Source: an uncultured bacterium
Lineage (GTDB): Bacteria; Zixibacteria; MSB-5A5; JAABVY01; JAHJOQ01
Reading direction: 5' to 3'
NCBI GenBank assembly: GCA_965369655.1
Contig: CBDUQR010000034.1
Location: 1-31,170, forward strand
Length of the DNA stretch: 31,170 nt
In this document: positions 8,523 through 16,287 of the stretch, piece by piece
Layout of the letters: each line of letters opens with the position of its first letter
Position numbering within the stretch: the first letter of the stretch is position 1
Notes under the pieces: model-generated
What the model saw: the letters and a program-made list of their open reading frames with translations, nothing else
What the model was told of the DNA's origin: nothing
The model's database searches: none
Made by a program: the position numbers and the translations under genes

Positions 8523-8881
8523 GAATAGCGGTTTCATCTCAAGGAACTGATTTGATCAGCAAGGTTGATCCACGATTCGGGCGGGCGCATTGCTTCCTGA
8601 TTTTTGACACCAGTGACGAGAGCCTTGAAGTTGTCAACAATGACCAGAATGTGAATGCCATGCACGGAGCCGGAATTCAAGCTGCAGAGAAGGTTGCCAG
8701 CAAGAATGTGGATATTGTCGTGTCAGGGGACTTCGGTCCAAAGGCATTTCAAGCCCTTCAGGCGGCTGGTGTCAAGACTGCGCTGTGGTCGGATGGGACG
8801 GTTTCGCAGGCAATTGAACTGGCGCGTAATGACCAACTCGAGATATGCGACAAGGCCAGTACCGGAGGCCATTGGATGTAG
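8519..8881 (+). CDS. NifB/NifX family protein, Orange protein (ORP)-like
   Basis: MRIAVSSQG...VDPRFGRA...GAGIQAA...GPKAFQALQAAG; ATGA overlap with the previous gene. Confidence 0.9.
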   Translation: MRIAVSSQGTDLISKVDPRFGRAHCFLIFDTSDESLEVVNNDQNVNAMHGAGIQAAEKVASKNVDIVVSGDFGPKAFQALQAAGVKTALWSDGTVSQAIELARNDQLEICDKASTGGHWM

Positions 8882-8996
8882 TTGTCAGTGAAGTAAGAAG
8901 AAATGGAAGCGATTGACATTATTAACAAAGTTGAAACCATCGAGAGCGATGAAGAGTGAAGATGATTTCATCATCAAAGTGCGAAGGGAGATAACA

Positions 8997-9431
8997 ATGC
9001 CAGGAGGAGACAGAACAGGACCCATGGGTGCCGGACCAATGACAGGACGAGGTGCCGGTATGTGTGCCGGTTACGATGTGCCGGGATATATGAACCCATC
9101 TTTCGGACGAGGTTTCGGAGGTGGTCGTGGTTATGGATTCGGCCGCGGTGGCGGTATGGGCGGTGGACGCGGATGGCGCCACCAGTATTATGCCACCGGG
9201 TTACCGGGATGGGCGCGTGGATATGGCTACCCGTATCCTCATCCGGCAGGATTCCCGACTGGTTTCGGCACAGCCGCAACCTCAAGAGCAACTCAGGCGG
9301 AGGAACTCGTAAATCTGCAAGAGCAGGCTCAGTATTTCAAGAAAGCTCTCGATGATATCGAGGGACGTATCAATGAGCTTCAGCAGGATGCTGGAAATGC
9401 AAGTGAAGCTCAGCACAACACAAAGAAGTAA
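8997..9431 (+). CDS. DUF5320-family protein
   Basis: MPGGDRTGPMGAGPMTGRGAGMC start, Gly/Arg-rich middle with GRGWRH, C-terminal coiled coil; AAGGGAG RBS before ATG 8997. Confidence 0.85.
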   Translation: MPGGDRTGPMGAGPMTGRGAGMCAGYDVPGYMNPSFGRGFGGGRGYGFGRGGGMGGGRGWRHQYYATGLPGWARGYGYPYPHPAGFPTGFGTAATSRATQAEELVNLQEQAQYFKKALDDIEGRINELQQDAGNASEAQHNTKK

Positions 9432-9439
9432 GGGACAGC

Positions 9440-10090
9440 ATGCCTCAAAGAAACAATTCCCGCGGAGGGGGACGTGGCCAGGGCGGCGGACGTGGTCAGG
9501 GCAATCGCCGGGGCTTGGGAAAAGGCCAGGGTTGCGGACGGGGCATGGAGCGTAGTGGTGGACGTGGAACGGGATACAGTATGAACTGGGGCCGTGGTGA
9601 TGGTGATAGCACGAGACAAGGTTTGGGACAAGGCATAGCCATGGAAGTACCCGCAAACCCGGTCGAGCCACCACATGTCCAATCATATTCTGAACACTCT
9701 GGCCCGGAAGGAATAGGGATAGAAAGCCCGGATCAGGAAATCGAAATGCTCAGGGCACAGGCTGATGTATTGAAATCTCAATCCCAGACCATCAATACAC
9801 GCATCTCTGAATTACAAGTGGGAGAAGTGTCTGCGGTCACTGATGTTGCAGATGTGGAGATGCCCGGGATAATCTCGAATGACATGATGGGTGGAAGAAA
9901 TGTCGCAATCGTGGCCGGAGAAAATTGTGTCAATTGCGGGATATGCGCCAGTGTGTGTCCAAAGGAAGCAATCACCATGTGTGACATTGCGGTGATCGAT
10001 CCTCAGAAATGCACTGGCTGTGGCGCATGTGTGGACGAGTGCCCGAACTCGGCGATCTCGCTCGTCGAGTTAAAAAAAGTGGAACTATAG
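9440..10090 (+). CDS. Gly/Arg-rich plus coiled-coil protein with C-terminal 2x[4Fe-4S] ferredoxin domain
   Basis: CVNCGICASVCP and CTGCGACVDECP motifs. Confidence 0.85.
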   Translation: MPQRNNSRGGGRGQGGGRGQGNRRGLGKGQGCGRGMERSGGRGTGYSMNWGRGDGDSTRQGLGQGIAMEVPANPVEPPHVQSYSEHSGPEGIGIESPDQEIEMLRAQADVLKSQSQTINTRISELQVGEVSAVTDVADVEMPGIISNDMMGGRNVAIVAGENCVNCGICASVCPKEAITMCDIAVIDPQKCTGCGACVDECPNSAISLVELKKVEL

Positions 10091-10267
10091 TGATAGTCCA
10101 GTGGTTAAGGCATATTGCTATAAGGGGCTCGTGAATCTGAAAGAGCAAGCTTGATATGTTATGGGTAGTTCTTTAAGATATCAAGATGTGTATCGATGAG
10201 CTTCAGTAGCAAATGAAGCGGTCAGGCAAAATGCAGAAGAAAGAGAAAAAGCGAGAAAGGATACTAT

Positions 10268-10465
10268 ATGTCACCAAGAGGTAGTTCAGGCGGAGGTGGA
10301 CGCGGCCAGGGCGGCGGTCGAGGTTTAGGGCGTGGCGGTCAAGCACTTGGCCCGGGTGGTAAGTGTGTCTGTCCGAATTGCGGAGCGACTGCTCCGCATC
10401 AGCAGGGTGTGCCTTGTATTGACGTAGATTGCCCAAAGTGCGGCCAGAAGATGACAAGGCAGTAA
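10268..10465 (+). CDS. small Gly-rich, six-cysteine metal-binding protein (65 aa)
   Basis: AAAGGA RBS; GPGGKCVCPNCG...HQQGVPC...CPKCGQKM pattern typical of orp-like clusters. Confidence 0.8.
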   Translation: MSPRGSSGGGGRGQGGGRGLGRGGQALGPGGKCVCPNCGATAPHQQGVPCIDVDCPKCGQKMTRQ

Positions 10466-10484
10466 ATAGCTGAGAAACTCATCA

Positions 10485-11333
10485 CTGGAAATATCTGTTG
10501 CCAGCGGCAAGGGTGGCACAGGAAAAACCACCATTGCTACAAATCTTGCTGTAGCCATTGCAAGAACAGGTAAGGATGTCGCGTATCTCGATTGTGATGT
10601 CGAGGAGCCAAACGGCCATATATTCCTGAAACCGGAAATTACAGAGCAACTTGATGTTACTGTCCCGGTTCCAAAGGTGGATATGGACAAGTGCACTCTG
10701 TGTGGTGAGTGTTCCGCAGCCTGCGAGTATCATGCCATTGCTGTTCTCGGAAAATCCGTGCAGGTCTTCCCATCGCTGTGTCACAGTTGCGGGGGATGTC
10801 TCGATGTTTGTCCTGAGGATGCCATTGAGGAAATTCCCCGAACCATTGGCCAACTCAGCCGTGGGGTTGGTATGGGCGTCAAGTTTTATGAAGGACGTCT
10901 GAATGTAGGAGAAGCTATATCGCCTCCCGTTACAAAAGCATTGCGGAAGCTCGATACTGATTCCGAGGTGCTTATTATCGATGCCCCGCCCGGCACATCC
11001 TGCCCCGTGATTGAGGCGATCAACGGCACAGATTTCGTGATTCTTGTAACTGAACCGACTCCGTTTGGACTGAATGACCTTGAACTGGCGGTAGGAATGG
11101 TACGAGAGATCGGTCTGCCGTACGGAGTTGTGATTAACCGCTCGGACATCGGCGACAACAGAACAAAAGAGTATTGTCGGAGAGAAGGAATCGATATCCT
11201 GATGGCGATTCCATATGATCGTCAGCTTGCTGTGGCTTACTCGCGGGGTGAGATGATGTTCAGCGTCAATTCAGAGTACGAGGAGAGCTTGTACAAACTT
11301 TACCAGAACATAGCTGATCGGATTAGCCGATGA
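10485..11333 (+). CDS. MinD/ParA-like P-loop ATPase with inserted 2x[4Fe-4S] domain; apparent CTG start
   Basis: The frame of the 10677 ORF is open back to a TAG at 10467-10469 and encodes LEISVASGKGGTGKTT..DCDVEEPNGH. Later motifs: CTLCGECSAAC, CHSCGGCLDVCP, DAPPGTSCP, VTEPTPFGLNDL. Confidence 0.88.
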   Translation: MEISVASGKGGTGKTTIATNLAVAIARTGKDVAYLDCDVEEPNGHIFLKPEITEQLDVTVPVPKVDMDKCTLCGECSAACEYHAIAVLGKSVQVFPSLCHSCGGCLDVCPEDAIEEIPRTIGQLSRGVGMGVKFYEGRLNVGEAISPPVTKALRKLDTDSEVLIIDAPPGTSCPVIEAINGTDFVILVTEPTPFGLNDLELAVGMVREIGLPYGVVINRSDIGDNRTKEYCRREGIDILMAIPYDRQLAVAYSRGEMMFSVNSEYEESLYKLYQNIADRISR

Positions 11334-12226
11334 CAGAACTGGTTGTCCTCAGCGGCAAGGGTGGCACCGGCAAGACCAGCCTGGTCGGATCGCTTGCTGC
11401 TTTATCACGGGATAAGGTGCTGGTTGATTGCGATGTCGATGCTGCTGATCTTCACCTGATTTTGCAGAACAAGGTACGGAGGACAATCGAATTCATCGGT
11501 GGTAAGCAAGCCTCTATTGTTGACAAGAGATGCACGAACTGCGGAGTCTGTCAGGAGTATTGTCGGTTCGATGCAATCAAGTATCAGGCAGAGAATGCAG
11601 GCGGTGAACGATACTGGATAGATAAACATGCCTGCGATGGATGCGGGGTCTGTGTTCGCCACTGTCCTGAACAGGCGATTGAATTCAAAGAAGTTGTTAG
11701 CGGTGAATGGTACGTTTCCGATACGCCGCATGGCCCGCTGGTACATGCGCGTTTGGGTTTCGCACAGGCTAATTCGGGCAAACTGGTGTCGCTGTTGCGT
11801 CAGCAGGCAAGGTTGTTGGCAGATAAGAATGGATTTGACTTGATTATCATTGACGGTCCTCCTGGTATTGGCTGTCCTGTAATCGCATCAATTACCGGGG
11901 TAGGATATGTCCTGATAGTAACTGAACCGTCCATGTCGGCACTGCACGATATGGAACGGCTGTTGCAGTTAACCAACCATTTCAGAATTCCTACGGGAAT
12001 ATGTATTAACAAATCGGATATCAGCCCCGATCTGACATCTAGAATTGAAGAGTTTGCAGAGAAACAGAAAGTGAAGATACTTGGGCGAATCCCATTCGAC
12101 CCGGCCATGACAGCGGCACAACTGGCCGGCACCACTGTTGTCGAACATGTTGACACAGGTGTATCCGAGAACATAGCACTCTTGTGGTCGAGTCTAAGAG
12201 AAGAACTCAGTAATAAGGTGCGGTAG
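11330..12226 (+). CDS. second MinD-like P-loop ATPase with 2x[4Fe-4S] domain
   Basis: SGKGGTGKTS, DCDVDAADLH, CTNCGVCQEYC, CDGCGVCVRHCP, DGPPGIGCP. Confidence 0.92.
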   Translation: MTELVVLSGKGGTGKTSLVGSLAALSRDKVLVDCDVDAADLHLILQNKVRRTIEFIGGKQASIVDKRCTNCGVCQEYCRFDAIKYQAENAGGERYWIDKHACDGCGVCVRHCPEQAIEFKEVVSGEWYVSDTPHGPLVHARLGFAQANSGKLVSLLRQQARLLADKNGFDLIIIDGPPGIGCPVIASITGVGYVLIVTEPSMSALHDMERLLQLTNHFRIPTGICINKSDISPDLTSRIEEFAEKQKVKILGRIPFDPAMTAAQLAGTTVVEHVDTGVSENIALLWSSLREELSNKVR

Positions 12227-12284
12227 AACATATCGAAACCACGAAGAAGAAAGAACCAATAGTAATTAGTATGGAGCATAGAGC

Positions 12285-12656
12285 ATGAAAATCGCAATCC
12301 CAACGGTCGATGGAGTATTGTGTCCGCATTTTGGGCACTGTCAGCAGTTTGCAGTCCTTAATGTTGATCCTGAAACGAAGTCAATTACTGAGTCTGAAAT
12401 GCTAACTCCACCCCCACATGAACCGGGCATACTTCCCGCATGGCTGAGCCAGATGGGATGCAGTGTCATAATAGCCGGTGGTATGGGCGGGCGAGCCATC
12501 GACATGTTCCGGCAGAATGGCATTGAGGTTGTCATAGGTGCACCAAATGGAAAGCCCGATGAGATCGTGATGGCTTACTTGAACGGTAAGCTTACTACTG
12601 ACGCCAACCCGTGTGACGATCCTGCTTTTCATGGAGACAAGCCTTGCGGGAATTAG
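12285..12656 (+). CDS. NifB/NifX family protein
   Basis: LCPHFGHCQQF...PPPHEPGILPAWL...IAGGMGGRA. Confidence 0.9.
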   Translation: MKIAIPTVDGVLCPHFGHCQQFAVLNVDPETKSITESEMLTPPPHEPGILPAWLSQMGCSVIIAGGMGGRAIDMFRQNGIEVVIGAPNGKPDEIVMAYLNGKLTTDANPCDDPAFHGDKPCGN

Positions 12657-12789
12657 CTGTATCAGTCAAAGGACAGTAATCTGAGAGCTATGATTACTGT
12701 TCTCCTTGATTTGAGAGCGTCCAATTACCAGAACCAGATACCACTCAAGTGACTGAAGCCGGAGTCCCGCAGGTCATGAGCCCTGCATA

Positions 12790-13000
12790 GTCCTCAGCTT
12801 TGCGAAGGGTGCTCCTGATGTCTTCGTGTTGTGAATTGAATCGTCAGGACCGCCCTTCGCCAAACTCAGGACACGCAAGTCGGGTGGCTCACCCCCTGGG
12901 GTGAGGTCTCTGGTCCCTAACTCGCGATGAAGAACTTTCACCCAAAGGGGTAGGTCACCGGTCTTTCATAATATCATTGCGAGCGAAGCGTGGCAATCTC
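12790..13000. repeat. REP-like cluster: two inverted 31-bp doublets plus a CATTGCGAGCGAAGCGTGGCAATCTC unit
   Basis: 12790-12820 pairs with 12842-12872; 12881-12911 pairs with 12931-12961; the unit at 12973-13000 recurs at 20436-20463. Confidence 0.8.
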
Positions 13001-13088
13001 AGCCTAATCCCCCTTTTCCCAGTCAGGAATTCATTATCAGGCACGGGCACAGGACACCCTTCGATGACCAAAAAGAGCAACTAATCGA

Positions 13089-13117
13089 TGGACAATATGG
13101 GGTTTCTGATATATGAT
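13089..13117 (+). promoter_or_regulatory. sigma70 promoter upstream of gdh
   Basis: TGGACA-17 nt-TATGAT, the same hexamers as the ccm promoter at 2641. Confidence 0.55.
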
Positions 13118-13206
13118 ACGCGACGGCAATATGGTAGTCGAATACCATTGACGCGACAGGCGCTCAAGGCGTAATTGCGACAGCAATGAATGAACAAATG
13201 TGAGGC

Positions 13207-14502
13207 ATGAAACTTATGGTACAGACAGAATTCAACCCGTTCAAAATGGCACAGGATCAGTTCAACAGGGCCGCCGAATTCCTCGGTCTCGATAGCGCAA
13301 CCTGTGAACTTCTGCGCACACCGATTCGCGAATATCAATTCAGCATTCCTGTGCGTATGGATGATGGGAACGCGAAAATATTCCGAGGCTTTCGAGTCCT
13401 TCACAATGATGCGAGGGGTCCCGGCAAGGGAGGCATTCGATTTCATCCGCAGGAAACGATCGACACCGTGCGTGCTCTCTCTATGTGGATGACATGGAAG
13501 TGCGCTGTTGTCGACATTCCACTGGGCGGCGGTAAAGGTGGAGTGATATGCGATCCCCACAGCCTCAGTCTCAGGGAGCAGGAATTGATATGTCGCGGTT
13601 ATGTCAGGCAGATGTGGAACAATCTCGGTCCGGCGGTTGACGTCCCGGCGCCCGATGTAATGACAAGCGCTCAGCATATGCTCTGGATGCTTGACGAGTA
13701 CGAGGTAATCTCGGGAGAAAAGAAACCTGGGTTCATCACCGGCAAGCCGGTCGGTCTCGGAGGCTCGCTCGGGCGGAAAGAAGCGACAGGCTACGGTGTA
13801 GTTTTCACAATTCGCGAGGCGCTCAAAGAGCTTGGAATCAAGGCGGAGAATACAACCGCGAGTGTGCAGGGCTTCGGGAACGTCGCACAATATGCAATCG
13901 AGCTTTATCAGCAGATGGGCGGAACTGTCGTATGTGTATCCTGCTGGGATCAGAAAGATCAGGTGTCGTACTCGTTCAGGAAAAAGTCGGGCGTTGACTT
14001 GAAGGAACTTCTCGGCATCACAGATCCATTCGGTGGAATCGAGATTGATAAGGCGCTGGATCTCGGATATGAAAAGCTTCCGGGTGATGCGTGGCTTGAG
14101 CAGGATGTGGACATACTCATTCCGGCCGCGCTCGAAAACCAAATAACTGCTGACAATGTCGATAAGGTTAGTGCCAATGTCAAGATCATGGCTGAAGGTG
14201 CGAATGGTCCGACTACACCTGATGCCGACGAGGTGTTGAAGAAGAACAATGTATTCGTCATACCTGATTTTCTCGCGAATGCCGGTGGAGTTACATGCAG
14301 TTATTTCGAGCAGGTTCAAAGCAATATCAACTACTTCTGGGACAAGGATGACGTGCTGGGAAGGCTCGACCTGAAAATGACGTCTGCATTCCAGGCAGTC
14401 AGTCAACTGGCGAAGAAGAAAAACCTGTTCATGCGTGACGCGGCATATTTCATCTCCGTCGACCGTGTAGCTCGGGCATGCAAGGACAGAGGCTGGGTCT
14501 GA
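13207..14502 (+). CDS. gdhA: Glu/Leu/Phe/Val dehydrogenase, most likely glutamate dehydrogenase
   Basis: RGPGKGGIRFHP, MTWKCA..PLGGGKGG, VPAPDV, TGKP..GGSLGRKEATGYG, QGFGNV, AEGANGPTT, PDFLANAGGVTCSYFE. Start could be ATG 13216. Confidence 0.93.
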   Translation: MKLMVQTEFNPFKMAQDQFNRAAEFLGLDSATCELLRTPIREYQFSIPVRMDDGNAKIFRGFRVLHNDARGPGKGGIRFHPQETIDTVRALSMWMTWKCAVVDIPLGGGKGGVICDPHSLSLREQELICRGYVRQMWNNLGPAVDVPAPDVMTSAQHMLWMLDEYEVISGEKKPGFITGKPVGLGGSLGRKEATGYGVVFTIREALKELGIKAENTTASVQGFGNVAQYAIELYQQMGGTVVCVSCWDQKDQVSYSFRKKSGVDLKELLGITDPFGGIEIDKALDLGYEKLPGDAWLEQDVDILIPAALENQITADNVDKVSANVKIMAEGANGPTTPDADEVLKKNNVFVIPDFLANAGGVTCSYFEQVQSNINYFWDKDDVLGRLDLKMTSAFQAVSQLAKKKNLFMRDAAYFISVDRVARACKDRGWV

Positions 14503-14565
14503 TTCCGAGGGAATCGCGACTGATGGTTCGAGATTCAATATGGAATCGGGAGGTATTATCTGGAA

Positions 14566-16287
14566 ATGCTGAAGGAATTCGATCGGCAGTTCTTCGGCTC
14601 TGCAGATCGTCTGACATATATTGGATCGGGTGAGTTGGGCGGCAAGGCTGGCGGGTTGGTCTATATTCGGGACTTTCTCGAAAGGGATTTTGATCCGCAA
14701 GCCATACCTCAGATAGAAGTATCCATTCCTATCATGACAGTCATCACTACGGACATGTTTGACAAGTTCATGGAGAGGAATGATCTATATGAAGTTGCCA
14801 GTTCAGATGCAAGAGATGATCAGATTGCTCTCGCTTTTCAGCAGGCTTCGCTGCCGGTTGAACTGGTGGGCGATCTTCGCGCGCTTATTTCGAAAGTGCA
14901 TCAACCACTTGCGATCAGATCTTCCAGCCTGCTCGAAGATACCGTCAATGAACCATTCGCGGGCGTCTATTCAACCAAGATGATCCCCAACAATCAGCCC
15001 GACCCTGATGTACGATTCCAGAAGCTGGTTGAGGCGATCAAATTCGTCTATTCCTCGACTTATTTCAAGAGTGCGAAGAACTACTCCCGTGCGACATCCA
15101 ATCTGAGTTCCGACGAAAAGATGGCTGTCATCATACAGGAAGTTGTCGGGTGTCGGTTCGGAAATCGTTTCTATCCGCACGTGTCGGGGGTTGCTCGATC
15201 ATATAACTTCTACCCGAGTGGTCATGCAAAACCCGAAGACGGCGTGGTGAATCTTGCGTTGGGTTTGGGCAAGACTGTTGTCGATGGCGGGAAATGCTGG
15301 ATTTATTCCCCAGCCTATCCCAGGACCAATCCGCCCTATAAGTCGATCAGTGATATGCTCAAGCAGACGCAGACATCGTTCTGGGCTGTGAATATGGGAA
15401 AACCTCCGGCCTTTGATCCGATTCACGAGACCGAGTATCTTGTCGAAGGGGATTTGCATGACGCCGAGGTCAACGGTTCCCTGTATTATACCGCCTCGAC
15501 TTATGATCCTCAGAACGATAAGCTGACGGTCGGAACAGGCTTGCCGGGACCGCGAGTGCTGACAATTGCTCCTTCACTGATGGTTCGCGATATACCGCTT
15601 AACAATTTGCTGAAGAATCTGCTTGAACTGAGTGAAAACGCTCTTCAGAACGAAGTCGAAATAGAGTTCGCTTTATCTCTTCATCCTGAATATGGATTAC
15701 CAGCTCGCCTCGGGTTCCTGCAGGTACGACCAATGTCTGTCTCCGATGCGAAAGTGGAAGTCACAGATGATGAGCTGTCGGCGAGCAACGCTCTGGTGGC
15801 ATCGAAAGTTGTGATTGGCAATGGAACCGAGGAATCGATCTCCGATATTGTTTACGTCAAGCCGCAGGCATTCGACGCAAAGAATACGAACAAGATCGCG
15901 TCTGATCTGATTGAGTTCGTAAACAGACTCGCTGATGACGACAGGAAATACATGCTTATTACGCTTGGCCGACTCGGAACGTCAGATCCATGGATGGGTG
16001 TGCCCGTTGAGTTCTCAGAAGTCGCAGGCGCCAAAGTCATTGTCGAGTCGACGGCGCCCGGCATGAATGTGGAACTGAGCCAGGGCTCACATTTCTTTCA
16101 CAATATCATAGGCATGCATATACTCTACTTCACGGTTCAGCATACGGGAGACTTTCCTGTGAAATGGGACTGGCTTGATCGGCAGGCCAGTGTGGTAGAG
16201 ACCGACAATGTAAGGCACGTAAGACTTGCATCTCCGTTACTGGTGAAAGTTGACGGACGGGCTGGTCGAGGAGTGGTGTTAGTATGA
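14566..16287 (+). CDS. PEP synthase/PPDK N-terminal (ATP-grasp) domain protein with C-terminal unknown domain
   Basis: LGGKAGGL, AIRSSSLLED..FAG, MAVIIQEVVG, SGVA, LGLG, EIEFA, LQVRP. No TSHA phosphohistidine motif and no PEP-binding barrel. Confidence 0.85.
   Translation: MLKEFDRQFFGSADRLTYIGSGELGGKAGGLVYIRDFLERDFDPQAIPQIEVSIPIMTVITTDMFDKFMERNDLYEVASSDARDDQIALAFQQASLPVELVGDLRALISKVHQPLAIRSSSLLEDTVNEPFAGVYSTKMIPNNQPDPDVRFQKLVEAIKFVYSSTYFKSAKNYSRATSNLSSDEKMAVIIQEVVGCRFGNRFYPHVSGVARSYNFYPSGHAKPEDGVVNLALGLGKTVVDGGKCWIYSPAYPRTNPPYKSISDMLKQTQTSFWAVNMGKPPAFDPIHETEYLVEGDLHDAEVNGSLYYTASTYDPQNDKLTVGTGLPGPRVLTIAPSLMVRDIPLNNLLKNLLELSENALQNEVEIEFALSLHPEYGLPARLGFLQVRPMSVSDAKVEVTDDELSASNALVASKVVIGNGTEESISDIVYVKPQAFDAKNTNKIASDLIEFVNRLADDDRKYMLITLGRLGTSDPWMGVPVEFSEVAGAKVIVESTAPGMNVELSQGSHFFHNIIGMHILYFTVQHTGDFPVKWDWLDRQASVVETDNVRHVRLASPLLVKVDGRAGRGVVLV

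Noticed and set aside
12780-13000. Possible CRISPR array
   Set aside because: The repeats are inverted and heterogeneous rather than regularly spaced direct repeats; no cas genes.
13081-14700. 539-aa minus-strand ORF
   Set aside because: Antisense shadow of gdh with no recognisable motifs; long antisense frames are common opposite conserved genes.
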